In this document: one piece after another, positions 47,958 through 58,128 of the stretch
Position numbering within the stretch: the first letter of the stretch is position 1
How the letters are laid out: each line of letters starts with the position of its first letter
The notes under the pieces: generated by a model
What the model was told of the DNA's origin: nothing
Databases searched by the model: none
Seen by the model: only the letters and a program-made list of their open reading frames with translations
Position numbers and translations under genes: made by a program
From: Fervidicoccaceae archaeon
GTDB lineage: Archaea; Thermoproteota; Thermoprotei_A; Sulfolobales; Fervidicoccaceae
NCBI GenBank assembly: GCA_038734945.1
Contig: JAVYOA010000002.1
Coordinates: forward strand, 62,001 to 126,000
Direction: 5' to 3'
Length of the DNA: 64,000 nt

Positions 47958-49313
47958 TCAGTCTTCATATACTTCTCTGAATAGTTGATTTATTTTCATA
48001 TTGTTATTATTTTTTAAAGTTAAATCAATAAATTTAAGTATTCTCCTGTTTCCTGAATATTGAGAAAGTGATCTCAGCTTCTCGTAAAGAACATCCTCGG
48101 TGAGCGTTTTGGAAGGATCTCCGTATGGTATGTCCTCATGCTCCTCTAAAACTGTCCCATTTTTCATTTTCACTCTGACAGTGACTGGATGCTTCTTTGG
48201 AAAGTACGCAGTATAGTCCTCACGCACTCTAACCCTAACTTTCTTCTCAATCTCTCTTACCAGCGGATCGCTCAGCGACTCAAATATTTCCTTAAGTCCA
48301 ACCCATTTTTTCACTAATGCAGTTGCTGTGAGAAATGTGAGGCTGAACATGGCTTCCTCGAGAGTGGATGGGGAGACAACATCTGCAACTTCAGATGCTT
48401 CCTCAAAAACTTCTAGTTCTATGCTGTCAATGTTGTTCAAATCTACCTGGTTGCTCAGCTTTAGAGAAGCCTGAATGGTTGTGTGGCTGTTCCTACATGT
48501 TGGAAATATCTTGTAGCCTATTCTGAGAACTGCTGGTTCCCTCTCAGTCTGAGGATTATTTTCACATTGTTTCGATAGTATGCTGCATATTTTTTCCTCT
48601 ACATCATACGTTTCCCTTGAGAGGCTTGTGAAGGCCTCGCTCATCATGTATGAGTAGTATCCAACAAGAGAAGCGTGAGCAGGACTCATGGGCTTTATTA
48701 CAACAAGTCTATTGATGAGCGGCATAAAGCCTCCAGCATATGTAATTGCTAGCAACATAGAACTGAGTATGCTATCATCTTCTCTCTCATCAATCCAAGA
48801 GAGCATTGCGGCCACTGCTACTCCTGCCACTGTAGATGTATTGTGCCATGTTCTGTAATGAGATCTCCCTAGCCATCTGCCGAACTCCTCTGCTATTTGA
48901 TATCCATAAATTATTCCTGCAGTTATTTCTTCCAGAGACAGGTCCTTTTTTTGAGCCAGGAGTACGGCGGAGGGGATTATCGAGGCTCCAGGATGAAGTA
49001 TGCCCAGAGGAAGCCAGTCATCGAGCTCAAGCGAGTGAGCTGCGAAGGAATTCAGAACGAGGGCCGTGGTATCGTCTACCCTGATCATCCTTTCACCGAA
49101 GACGATAGCGTCCCCCCTGCCGCTCCCATTTTGAAGAAGAATTTCTCTCAGCTTTTTCACTCTCGAATCGATTGAGTGAGAAGCCATTGCTATAGAAATT
49201 GTATCTATAAGAGATGTGAGGGCAGCTTTGTGCTCTCTAAAGTTTGCTCTTTCAGCAATCTCTGCAGCATTGTCCAGAAGCTCTCTCAGCTTGCCCTTCC
49301 CCAATTTAAGCAC
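47958..49313 (-). CDS. MmgE/PrpD-family protein
   Basis: AHSLELDD, HPGA, WHNTS, YKIFPTCRNSH, AMFS, PYGDP. Confidence 0.88.
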   Translation of the reverse strand: MLKLGKGKLRELLDNAAEIAERANFREHKAALTSLIDTISIAMASHSIDSRVKKLREILLQNGSGRGDAIVFGERMIRVDDTTALVLNSFAAHSLELDDWLPLGILHPGASIIPSAVLLAQKKDLSLEEITAGIIYGYQIAEEFGRWLGRSHYRTWHNTSTVAGVAVAAMLSWIDEREDDSILSSMLLAITYAGGFMPLINRLVVIKPMSPAHASLVGYYSYMMSEAFTSLSRETYDVEEKICSILSKQCENNPQTEREPAVLRIGYKIFPTCRNSHTTIQASLKLSNQVDLNNIDSIELEVFEEASEVADVVSPSTLEEAMFSLTFLTATALVKKWVGLKEIFESLSDPLVREIEKKVRVRVREDYTAYFPKKHPVTVRVKMKNGTVLEEHEDIPYGDPSKTLTEDVLYEKLRSLSQYSGNRRILKFIDLTLKNNNNMKINQLFREVYED

Positions 49314-49433
49314 CTCGCCAAAAAAACTAATTTATTTTTTAGCCGATCGAGGTTAATATTATCAAATAGAAAAAATACTTTCGGACAACTATTTATTTAA
49401 AGAGAGCAGCAAGATCCTGAAACAACAAATTGG

Positions 49434-50675
49434 TTGGGAGAGCACATGTCGTATTTCGAAAAAATAATAGAGAAGGAGCTGAAGGCTCCATCCGTGTTTA
49501 GAGAGAAATACAAGCTGTATCCAGAATATACTCCATCAGTGCTCCCCCACAGGGAAAAGCAGCTGAAGGAGCTCACCCAGAGGTTCAAAGGAATCTTCAC
49601 ATCTCCAGGAGAGGAGATGCTGAGGGTTGTACTCACCGGTTCCTATGGAACAGGTAAAACAGTAACAGCGAAGGTCTTCGGAGAGACCATCTCCTCCCTG
49701 GCTAGGAAAAAAGGCATTAATGTAAGGTACGTCCATGTTAACTGCTTCAAGTCCAGAACTCTTCCGCAGGTAATACATTCTATTTCATCTGGCCTTGGTA
49801 TAGCTCTCCCACAGAGGGGATTAAGCGTTCAGGAACTTCTGAGGGGTCTGCTCGATGATCTTGAGAGAAAGAACGCCTATGCTCTCATTGCTTTGGACGA
49901 GTTCGATTATTTCATGATATCAAGTTCCATCAGCAATCCCCTATATACATTGGTCAGGCTATATGATGACTATTCGCTTGAAAGAAAGAGAGTGAACTAC
50001 ATCTTCATAGTCAGAGATCCAAGCGTACTTGAGTTGGGGGGCGAAGCTTCGAGCTCGTATTTCATGCATGATATCATATCTTTTCCCCCATATAGTTCCT
50101 CCGAGCTCTATGATATACTTCGTGTTAGGGCAGAGGAGGCCCTTTTTCCAGGTGTTATATCTGAAGAAGGACTGAGGTACATTTCTCTCCTTGAGGGGCA
50201 TGATAGAGGGGGGCTGGGAAGCGCTAGAACGGCTCTTGAGATACTCGTGAGAGCTGGAGAGAGCGCAGACTCCGAGGGAAGAGGAAGCATAACAATTGAT
50301 GACATAAGAAAGGCTCAGATTGTGGTTAGACCAGAAACTGCCCTCCTTCAAGATCAGCTTCAGTCCCTGGAAACTCATGAGCTCATAATCTTCCTTTCCA
50401 TTGTTAAGGCTCTGAGGAGATCTGGAAGCAGTTTCGTGAGAATGGGGGAAGTTGAAAGTGTTTACAGGCAGATATGTGAGAGCTACAGGGAGAGAGCAAG
50501 GAAGCACACTCAGCTTTATACAAACATGATGAAGTTGAAAAGCATGGGAATCATAGTAGCAAGAAGCAGTGGAAGGGGATATAGAGGGAAAAGCACGCTT
50601 CTAGGCATAATAGGTGGGCCACTTGAGGAGCTGGAGAGGAAAGTGGAGGATCTCCTCAGCAAGCGAGGAAAGTGA
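49434..50675 (+). CDS. cdc6: Orc1/Cdc6 replication initiator
   Basis: PEYTPSVLPHRE, GSYGTGKT, VHVNC, LDEFD, FPPYS, GSAR, C-terminal winged helix SGRGYRGKST. Confidence 0.95.
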   Translation: MGEHMSYFEKIIEKELKAPSVFREKYKLYPEYTPSVLPHREKQLKELTQRFKGIFTSPGEEMLRVVLTGSYGTGKTVTAKVFGETISSLARKKGINVRYVHVNCFKSRTLPQVIHSISSGLGIALPQRGLSVQELLRGLLDDLERKNAYALIALDEFDYFMISSSISNPLYTLVRLYDDYSLERKRVNYIFIVRDPSVLELGGEASSSYFMHDIISFPPYSSSELYDILRVRAEEALFPGVISEEGLRYISLLEGHDRGGLGSARTALEILVRAGESADSEGRGSITIDDIRKAQIVVRPETALLQDQLQSLETHELIIFLSIVKALRRSGSSFVRMGEVESVYRQICESYRERARKHTQLYTNMMKLKSMGIIVARSSGRGYRGKSTLLGIIGGPLEELERKVEDLLSKRGK

Positions 50676-50942
50676 GTGATGTTCAATAGCCTATGGAGAA
50701 GAGGCAAGTACAAAGTACTCAAGATAATCTATGAATATGGTGAAGTCAATATTTCGAGAATTGCGAGAGAGAGTGGATTAAATTACAATTACGTTAAGAA
50801 ATACCTTAGAGAGCTAATCAACATGGAATTGGTGAATGAGAGGACTTTTGGGAGGGCAAAACTGTACTCCATAAACTATGCAAGTCAAAAGGCTCTGCTC
50901 CTAAGAGATGTTCTCGAGGCTCTTGAATGGATAGAGAAGTAA
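50676..50942 (+). CDS. Winged helix-turn-helix (ArsR-like) protein
   Basis: VNISRIARESGLNYNYVKKYLREL...FGRAKLY; abuts cdc6. Confidence 0.85.
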   Translation: MMFNSLWRRGKYKVLKIIYEYGEVNISRIARESGLNYNYVKKYLRELINMELVNERTFGRAKLYSINYASQKALLLRDVLEALEWIEK

Positions 50943-50974
50943 CTTCTTACTGATCGCTATGGAGCTGAAGAAAG

Positions 50975-52549
50975 ATGAAAAAAGTCATTATATTGGATGG
51001 ATATACCGATGAGCCTGCCGGACTGGGCGTTCCTCCTTTCATAGATGTCTATCCAAGGTATATTGCTGGAGCAATCTGGAGCTCAAGTCCGGACACAAAG
51101 GTGATATACTACACAATTGATGAGGCTAGAAAGAATTTCTCATCGTTCTATTCAGAGGCTTCTACTTCCGAGATAACTGTGGTGATTGCCGGAGTAGTGG
51201 TACCAGGAAAGTACATTGGTGGAAGGCCCATAACACCTGAAGAGGTGAAAAGCATAGGGATGGTTCTTAATAATACATTCACCGTCCTCGTGGGCCCTGC
51301 TGCAAGATTCGGAATGGGGGAGGAGGGGGGTAAGCCCGCCATATCTCCGTCTAGCTTCAAAAATTTCTATGGAGCTGTAGTGAGCGGGGATCCAGAAATT
51401 TATATTAGTGAAGTAATGAAGCTCGGAGTCGAAAAGGTGGATGTGTGGGTAAAGAGGAAGAGCTATGATGAAGTGAATAGGTTTGCCACTGTTGGTGCCA
51501 AAATTGTCAGACAGCATCCAAATTATGCTTACAATCTCACAGCGGAAATTGAGACATACAGGGGGTGCAGCAGATGGATAGTTGGAGGTTGCTCATTCTG
51601 CATTGAGCCTCTCTATGGAAAACCAGTAGTTCGCCCTCCTGAGAAAGTGATAGAAGAAGTTAGGGCTTTGTATAGTGAAGGAATAAGGAGCTTCAGAATT
51701 GGGAGGCAGCCAGATATATTATCATATGGATCCACTGACTTGGGAGTAAAGGAAAACCCAGAGCCGAATCCGGAGTTTCTCGATTATTTCTTCAAGGGTC
51801 TAAGAGAAGCAGCTGGAAATTCTAATATACATGTGGATAATGCGAATCCCTCAGTTATTTCCTCCTACCCAGAAAAATCGAAGAAGGCCATTCTCAGCAT
51901 AATGAAATATCACTCCCCTGGAGATGTGCTAGCTTTTGGTGTTGAAAGTGCTGACGAAGAGGTTGTGGAGATGAACAATTTGAATGTGACTTTTGAGGAT
52001 GCTGTAAAAGCAGTGGAGGTTGTCAATGAAGTTGGGAGAGCTGTTGGGGAAAATGGCTTACCCCATATTCTTCCTGGGATAAACTTCGTTCTTGGCTTGC
52101 CAGGGGAGAGAGCTAAAACATATGAGCGAAATCTGGAGTTTCTGGATGAGCTTCTGAGAAGAAAGCTGATGGTTAGAAGAATAAACATAAGAAGAGTCCT
52201 CGTTATTCCAGGAACTAGGCTGCATTCAATGTGGAAGGAATCGATATTGAGTAAAAATGAGGAAAGGGCAAGACGATTCATTTGGTTGGTGAGGCACAAA
52301 TACGATCCAGCTTTTCTGAGAATGGTTGTGCCGCCGGGAGCCATTCTGAGAAACCTATATGTTGAGAGAAGCGAGAGCTGGGGGAATACCTATGCTAGGC
52401 AGCTCGGGTCCTATCCAATAATGGTTGAGCTGAGAGGAAGGTTCAATCCTCCATGCATTTTGGATGCCAAGATCGTTGGTTATAAGGGAAGGAGCTTGAA
52501 GGGTGTTCCTGTATCACAATGTAGAACTAGTGAGATCTCTCCTCCCTAG
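50975..52549 (+). CDS. Radical SAM protein, COG1031-like, with C-terminal TRAM-like region
   Basis: ILDGYTDEPAGLGVPP, ETYRGCSRWIVGGCSFCIEP, FRIGRQ, HVDNANP, PGINF, RRINIR. Confidence 0.88.
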   Translation: MKKVIILDGYTDEPAGLGVPPFIDVYPRYIAGAIWSSSPDTKVIYYTIDEARKNFSSFYSEASTSEITVVIAGVVVPGKYIGGRPITPEEVKSIGMVLNNTFTVLVGPAARFGMGEEGGKPAISPSSFKNFYGAVVSGDPEIYISEVMKLGVEKVDVWVKRKSYDEVNRFATVGAKIVRQHPNYAYNLTAEIETYRGCSRWIVGGCSFCIEPLYGKPVVRPPEKVIEEVRALYSEGIRSFRIGRQPDILSYGSTDLGVKENPEPNPEFLDYFFKGLREAAGNSNIHVDNANPSVISSYPEKSKKAILSIMKYHSPGDVLAFGVESADEEVVEMNNLNVTFEDAVKAVEVVNEVGRAVGENGLPHILPGINFVLGLPGERAKTYERNLEFLDELLRRKLMVRRINIRRVLVIPGTRLHSMWKESILSKNEERARRFIWLVRHKYDPAFLRMVVPPGAILRNLYVERSESWGNTYARQLGSYPIMVELRGRFNPPCILDAKIVGYKGRSLKGVPVSQCRTSEISPP

Positions 52550-54671
52550 TAACATAATTCATAATATCCCTGGCTAGAGATTCCCCAATGCCCTCTATAC
52601 TTCTCAATCTAACTTCTCCAGCTTTAGCTATATCAGCAAGGCTCTTGAAGCCTGCATTATAGAGCCTCCTTGCCCTTACTCTTCCTATCTTTGGAATCTG
52701 TACTAATTCCACTAGATCTCTTTTAATGCCGTTTTCCACCCTTATGCTCAGCTCTCTTAGAAGTTCTACGTTCTCCCTTGCTTCAGGAACTATTTCGGCA
52801 AGCTTGCTTATAGCATATGCTATCCAGCTGGCTGATTCTATGTAGGAATATATGTCGCCCGGTCCTATATCATATCTGTCGCAGATTTCCTGCTCAGGGA
52901 CCTCATTTATCCAGTCCAGTAGGAAGGAGGCAGTCTTCACCTCCTCCAATACTTTTTCATATTCTATGTCTCTTTCGTGGAGTCCGAGAAGCATCTCCGG
53001 AAAGAACTGAGTGAAGATCTCATCCATTCTCGCTAGCTCACCTCTTCTCAATCTCAATTTTGGCATGTCTGGAGAAGCTGCAATTAGGTGCATAACTGAG
53101 AACTCGGTAAGCCTCTTCCTTTTTCTAAAAGCCTCAATTGAGTATAGGGCTGTGAGGGGATCTATGTAGAGCTCAGCTACATGCCTACCAAGCTCCGTTG
53201 GTGAATAAAAAGAACCTGAGCTGATGATAAAATTTCCCTCGATAAGCATGTTCAGGGATTCGGAGACTAATTCCTTTATAAATTTATGCGATGACTGCCT
53301 ATAGAGAAGGAGGCTTCTTATGTACTTCTCAATTCCTGAATCGTTTGTTCCCCCAGTAGCGACAATGTAAGATAGAAGATGGGTTCTGAACCTAAGGGGA
53401 GAACCCATTTTAGACTTGATTTTCTCTGGCTGTCCTCGAATGTATGTATCAAGGAGATCCTCGGCCTCTTTCTCTGTCCTTGCTATAAGTATTGCTTCTC
53501 CATATTCATCGTATCCTGGTCTTCCTGCCCTTCCAGCAAACTGCTTGTACTCGATGATCTTGATTGACTCGCTGCCTTCACCTGCTACGTATCTCTCTGA
53601 ACTGTCAACTACAACTCTTCTCGCTGGAAGGTTGACTCCAGCAGCAAGCGTAGGGGTTGCTATTATAACTTTTATTCCTCCTTCTCTGAAGCCTCTTTCT
53701 ATCTCTCTTCTCTGCTCAACAGTGAGTCCAGCGTGATGAAATGAAACACCCTTCTCTATTAGCTTTGAGAGCTCCTCATTCAGAGAAATAACTTCGCTGG
53801 ATTTCTTTATCTTGTCAGCAATTTCCTCTGAGATGCTGTCAGGACCTATGCTGAGCTTTTCTGTGATGGATTTTGCAAGCGCAACAGCCCGCCTCCTGCT
53901 GTTTACAAATACCAGCACCTGTCCCCCTTCATTTATCGTATCGGAAACTAGATCGAGAACTGGAGAAGAAAATTTTTTCTTCACTTTCTTCACTTCACCA
54001 TCTGAGAATCTGATTTTGCCATTGAGATATACCCCTTCCCTGAGAGGAACTGGTCTCCAACTGCTTTCGACGACATCTGCGGATAGCCATGAAGCTATTT
54101 CCATGGAATTCCCAACAGTAGCAGAAAGAGCGAGAAACTGAGAAGATGGAAGCAAGATTTTCAAGTTAGCAATTAGGCTCTCAAGCACCGGTCCTCTCTT
54201 CTCATCATCCAAGTAGTGAATTTCATCTATTATTATGAGAGAAACATCGTTTAGCCATGATGGTCTGTGTCTAACCAAGCTGTCCATTTTCTCATATGTG
54301 GTGCATATTATGTCATATCTCTCGAGCCTAGGTTCAGAGGAGTCATAGTTTCCAACTGTGAGTATTGTTCTAAGATTGAGATCCTCATAAGATTTGAAAT
54401 CGTGGAACTTTTCGTCTGCAAGTGCTTTAAGTGGGCTCAGATAGACCACTTTTCCCTTTCCCTTCAGTATATGATCAATTGCTAAAATCTCCGCTAGTAA
54501 GGTTTTTCCGGAAGCTGTCTGGGCTGCCATCAATAGGCTTTTTCCATTGAATATTCCTTTTTTTACTGCCTCCTCCTGTGGAGGATAGAGCTCTTTAACT
54601 CCCTTTCTCTCCAGCTTCAGTTTTAAAATATTGTGAAGAGGGAGCTCAGAAAAAAGCATCAGAACCACCAT
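52527..54671 (-). CDS. hel308: Ski2-like DNA helicase Hel308/Hjm
   Basis: LYPPQ, TASGKT, DEIH, LSAT, WRPVPL, HHAGL, AAGVNLP, GRAGRP, HhH IPKIGRVRAR. Confidence 0.95.
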   Translation of the reverse strand: MVVLMLFSELPLHNILKLKLERKGVKELYPPQEEAVKKGIFNGKSLLMAAQTASGKTLLAEILAIDHILKGKGKVVYLSPLKALADEKFHDFKSYEDLNLRTILTVGNYDSSEPRLERYDIICTTYEKMDSLVRHRPSWLNDVSLIIIDEIHYLDDEKRGPVLESLIANLKILLPSSQFLALSATVGNSMEIASWLSADVVESSWRPVPLREGVYLNGKIRFSDGEVKKVKKKFSSPVLDLVSDTINEGGQVLVFVNSRRRAVALAKSITEKLSIGPDSISEEIADKIKKSSEVISLNEELSKLIEKGVSFHHAGLTVEQRREIERGFREGGIKVIIATPTLAAGVNLPARRVVVDSSERYVAGEGSESIKIIEYKQFAGRAGRPGYDEYGEAILIARTEKEAEDLLDTYIRGQPEKIKSKMGSPLRFRTHLLSYIVATGGTNDSGIEKYIRSLLLYRQSSHKFIKELVSESLNMLIEGNFIISSGSFYSPTELGRHVAELYIDPLTALYSIEAFRKRKRLTEFSVMHLIAASPDMPKLRLRRGELARMDEIFTQFFPEMLLGLHERDIEYEKVLEEVKTASFLLDWINEVPEQEICDRYDIGPGDIYSYIESASWIAYAISKLAEIVPEARENVELLRELSIRVENGIKRDLVELVQIPKIGRVRARRLYNAGFKSLADIAKAGEVRLRSIEGIGESLARDIMNYVTREERSH

Positions 54672-54677
54672 TTATGC

Positions 54678-57500
54678 TCAGGAAATAGTGGAATAGCAAT
54701 TCAGCTTTCTCTCCGAAATTATGCCCTCCCTCATCATCCTCCTAATTAGTTCCTCCATCTCCTTTTCTGTAATACCCTCGTGCTTTATTCTCTCGTATAT
54801 TTCCTTTATGTTAGCACAGTCAGATCCAGTCTCATTCATTATTTCCTTTATTGTGTCCTCGATGAGCATCAGCTTCTCCTTCTTGCTCTTTGGAACACCA
54901 ACCATGAGTGCATCTATATCTATTACTCCAGTCTCGCTTTGGTAGCCGACTTGATGCAGGAATACCTTCATGAGTCTTATTGCCTCATATGCATCTTCCT
55001 CAGTGACCTCGGTCTTGAGAGCCATCTTTGCGTGAGCTTCAGCTAGCCTTACAAGGGCTTCCAGTTGCCTGGGAGTTATTGATACCACACCAGCTTGAGC
55101 CTCGCTGCCCATCCTCCTCATTTCAACGAAGAAGTTCATAAGAGCTCTATTTGCTTCCTCCGTGAGAACCGGTCTAACATATCTCCTTGCGTAGCTGATG
55201 TATTTCTTCAGAAGATCCATGGGGATTTCAGGCTGGATAAGTTCTGCCTCCTTATGAACCTGAAGCATGTGTCTAGCAAGCATTGTATCATAGGTTGTTG
55301 AGGGTTTATCCTTCAAAATGAATATCAGATCGAACCTGCTTAAGATTGTCACGGGCAGGTTTACATTTTCTGTGACCGTTCTCTCCGCTATATATCTACC
55401 ATATTTTGGATTCCCAGCAGCAACTACTGCAGCTCTAGCATTGAGCCTGGCAACTATCCCTGCCTTTGCAATGCTCACGGTATTGTGAAGGAGGATCCCA
55501 TTGCTCAAAAATCTCCTCGTTGGCTCAATTGTTAAATCATATACCCATTCCTCTCCGCTGTTCTCGACAACATCTATGGCCTCTATGGAATGCCATGAAA
55601 GGGAGTTCAAAGCTTCTATGTCATTGAGAATGCTTTTCTTTTTTTCATCTGGCGGGATGTTTTCCCTGCACGAATTTACAAGCAGAGAGATCTCGTCTCT
55701 AACGGATGAATATGGCGAGGGGCATTTTATGGAAGTGAACAGTTTTTTATATATAGCATGCAGTTTCTCTTCTGGATAACTAGCTGAATCAGCTATTCCT
55801 GGCTCTCCGGGAACTATGGTTTTTTCCCTCAGCTGATCTGCCCTCAAAACTTTTATTCCTTCATCGCTGAGAATGAACACTGGATGCTCCGGTGTTACAA
55901 TAATGCTATATCCATTTGAGTACTTTATCCTGTAGAATTTTCCTGGAGCTTTGTGCTTGCTGATCAGCGCTGGTCTCACCGTGAAGACCTTCCTTAAATC
56001 TGTTGTCCGCAGCATGATACTTTCTGGAATTCGTTCCAAGTATACTGTATCTCCAACTGTTCTAACAGGATTGCTCCCCATCAGCTCCTCAACATATTGG
56101 CCTATCCTAATTCTCTCTCCACTTGCCAGCTCAATAACAGTGCTTTCATGATAGCTTTGCTGCTCCATTGCTTCATGGATTGCCACTCTATCCTCCTCTC
56201 TCATCTTGTCTATCTCATCAATCAATGCTACACCTCCATCTGCTAGAACCATTGCTCCTGCTTCAAGATAGAAGTCGCCTGTTTTCTTATCTCTGATAAC
56301 TGCTGCTGTCAGTCCAGCGGCAGAGGAGCCTTTGCCTGTTGTATAAACTGCTCTTGGAGCCAATCTGCTAACATACTGAAGAAGCTGGCTCTTTGCTGTT
56401 CCAGGATCTCCTATCAAAAGAATATGTATGTCTCCTCTAATTCTCATTCTATCCCTTGTTTCCTTGGGAACTCCACCAAAGAGAGCAAGAGCTATTGCTT
56501 CTTTCTCATCCCAGTGATCGTAGATAGCAGGGGCTATGCTTGCTATTATTCTCTTCCTCACCCAGGGATCCTTTGAGAGCTCTATTATCTTCTCCTCATC
56601 TTCTCTTGTGATGTCAACTTCCTCCAGAGTTTTTTGGCTGACGAGAATGTTGTTTGCCTCAAGCTCCAAGTCATAGAGAGTTTTTCCTTTTTCCTTGGGA
56701 GGAACTACTCTCAATATTCCGATCACCGTTATTCTATCGCCCGGTCTAGCCACATCAACTAGATCCCTTGATACAGTCACATCAATGCTTCTCGGTATCT
56801 GACCAGGCGGTATTTCTTCTGGTCTTTCCTGGACCACTATTCGCTGCCAATCAACATATTCGCCCTTCTCCGGTATTGGCTTGAATATTCCCCCCATTCC
56901 ACATATTGGGCAAGTAAGAGGAAGCTCCAGAACATCTCCCAGCTCACCCTGCTCTCTTGGAGGCCATGGAAACTCTGCATTGCACTGTTTCAATTCCTCA
57001 TTTGCTTTTTCCTTCTTTCTCGTAACGCTGATGTGCTTCAACATAGCCCTTATGAGCTTTTGCTTTACGGGGGACACTCTCACCAAAATCCCTTCAAGTG
57101 ATATAAGAGTGTTCACATGCTCGCTCCTTATGCTTCTAATAGGAATATTCTCTGGAAGATTTGCAATTCTTATGAAAAGATCCTTTCTCTCCTCTACATA
57201 TGAGGGATTCACTTCACTGACAACGCTTCTGAGAGCCTGGTTGAATTCACCCAAAGCTTTGTCTGGAGACTTCAGAAGATAATATGCTAGAGAATCATCC
57301 ATGTAATGAATATCGATCCAATCAACTTGGAGTGAGGTTGCTCCATTGTATATCATTTGCTTAATCCGAGATATGTACTTCCTCTCCTCATTATTTCTCG
57401 AGAAATTCAAAAGAAAATCTCTGAACCTCTCTACATAGTCTACTGCTAGTAATTCCTGCTTCGCATTTTCAACAGTCAAAGACCCAATACCTCCTTCCAT
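54678..57500 (-). CDS. mcm: Replicative helicase MCM precursor containing one intein
   Basis: GDPGTAKSQ, AAGLTA, IDEIDKM, HEAMEQQ/[intein]/TVSIAKAG, LSRFDL, TPRQLE. Confidence 0.97.
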   Translation of the reverse strand: MEGGIGSLTVENAKQELLAVDYVERFRDFLLNFSRNNEERKYISRIKQMIYNGATSLQVDWIDIHYMDDSLAYYLLKSPDKALGEFNQALRSVVSEVNPSYVEERKDLFIRIANLPENIPIRSIRSEHVNTLISLEGILVRVSPVKQKLIRAMLKHISVTRKKEKANEELKQCNAEFPWPPREQGELGDVLELPLTCPICGMGGIFKPIPEKGEYVDWQRIVVQERPEEIPPGQIPRSIDVTVSRDLVDVARPGDRITVIGILRVVPPKEKGKTLYDLELEANNILVSQKTLEEVDITREDEEKIIELSKDPWVRKRIIASIAPAIYDHWDEKEAIALALFGGVPKETRDRMRIRGDIHILLIGDPGTAKSQLLQYVSRLAPRAVYTTGKGSSAAGLTAAVIRDKKTGDFYLEAGAMVLADGGVALIDEIDKMREEDRVAIHEAMEQQSYHESTVIELASGERIRIGQYVEELMGSNPVRTVGDTVYLERIPESIMLRTTDLRKVFTVRPALISKHKAPGKFYRIKYSNGYSIIVTPEHPVFILSDEGIKVLRADQLREKTIVPGEPGIADSASYPEEKLHAIYKKLFTSIKCPSPYSSVRDEISLLVNSCRENIPPDEKKKSILNDIEALNSLSWHSIEAIDVVENSGEEWVYDLTIEPTRRFLSNGILLHNTVSIAKAGIVARLNARAAVVAAGNPKYGRYIAERTVTENVNLPVTILSRFDLIFILKDKPSTTYDTMLARHMLQVHKEAELIQPEIPMDLLKKYISYARRYVRPVLTEEANRALMNFFVEMRRMGSEAQAGVVSITPRQLEALVRLAEAHAKMALKTEVTEEDAYEAIRLMKVFLHQVGYQSETGVIDIDALMVGVPKSKKEKLMLIEDTIKEIMNETGSDCANIKEIYERIKHEGITEKEMEELIRRMMREGIISERKLNCYSTIS
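55482..56156 (-). mobile_element. Intein in MCM (225 aa, no recognisable endonuclease)
   Basis: Interrupts MEQQ|TVSI; block A SYHESTV, block B IVTPEHP, block F WVYDLTI, block G ILLHN|T. Confidence 0.93.
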
Positions 57501-58024
57501 TCTTTGAGTCCGGACTGAAACTTTTCGATTAATATCAGCTCTTCTGGAGTGACCTTTGCTTGAAGAGAGGGAAGATCAGCATTTGTGGCTAGCATCGAGT
57601 TTACTAAGACATAGAGCCTCCTCGTTATTATCCAATTGAGAAACTCCATAATTCTCCTTTTTTCCTGTATATAATTGGGATCTGGGTTCGATTTCAAGAT
57701 CTTTTCAAGATGTGCAAGGTGTTCTGAGCATATCCAGTAGAAGCTGTTCGGCAGTTGTTCTAGATCCTTTGGGGATCTCATGCTCCTGCTCTTGTACTCA
57801 ATTTTTGAAATCTCCTCCAGGGAGAACTCGTTCCACTTTCTTTTCACTATTCCTTTGTCCTCAAGCATATTTGCATACCATCTGGGGAGCTCTATTTCAT
57901 CCCCCTTTTTTACGCTGAGAGTGGTACCATTCGGTAATTTCAGAGTCTCAGCATCAGCCAAGACAATAGCCTTCACTGGAGATCTCTCGAATGCCTCCTT
58001 GAGCAGCAGCATTTCTTCCATCAA
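57476..58024 (-). CDS. GINS subunit (Gins23/Psf2-like)
   Basis: KKGDEIELPRWYA beta domain, LPNSFY, TPEE; overlaps mcm start as in the typical gins-mcm operon. Confidence 0.88.
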   Translation of the reverse strand: MMEEMLLLKEAFERSPVKAIVLADAETLKLPNGTTLSVKKGDEIELPRWYANMLEDKGIVKRKWNEFSLEEISKIEYKSRSMRSPKDLEQLPNSFYWICSEHLAHLEKILKSNPDPNYIQEKRRIMEFLNWIITRRLYVLVNSMLATNADLPSLQAKVTPEELILIEKFQSGLKEWKEVLGL

Positions 58025-58128
58025 TTTGCTTCACCTCAATCCACAGAGAAAAGATCAAGCATCTATAACTATATAAAAAGGAAGGACATTATTATGTTTA
58101 TTACAGCTCTTAAAAACTTGTAGATCTG

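Noticed and set aside
49314..49433. Replication origin next to cdc6
   Set aside because: Only about 120 bp of AT-rich divergent promoter sequence; no repeated ORB-like motifs or G-strings seen
50676..50942. WhiP initiator
   Set aside because: Only a single 88-aa winged helix; too short for the multi-domain WhiP
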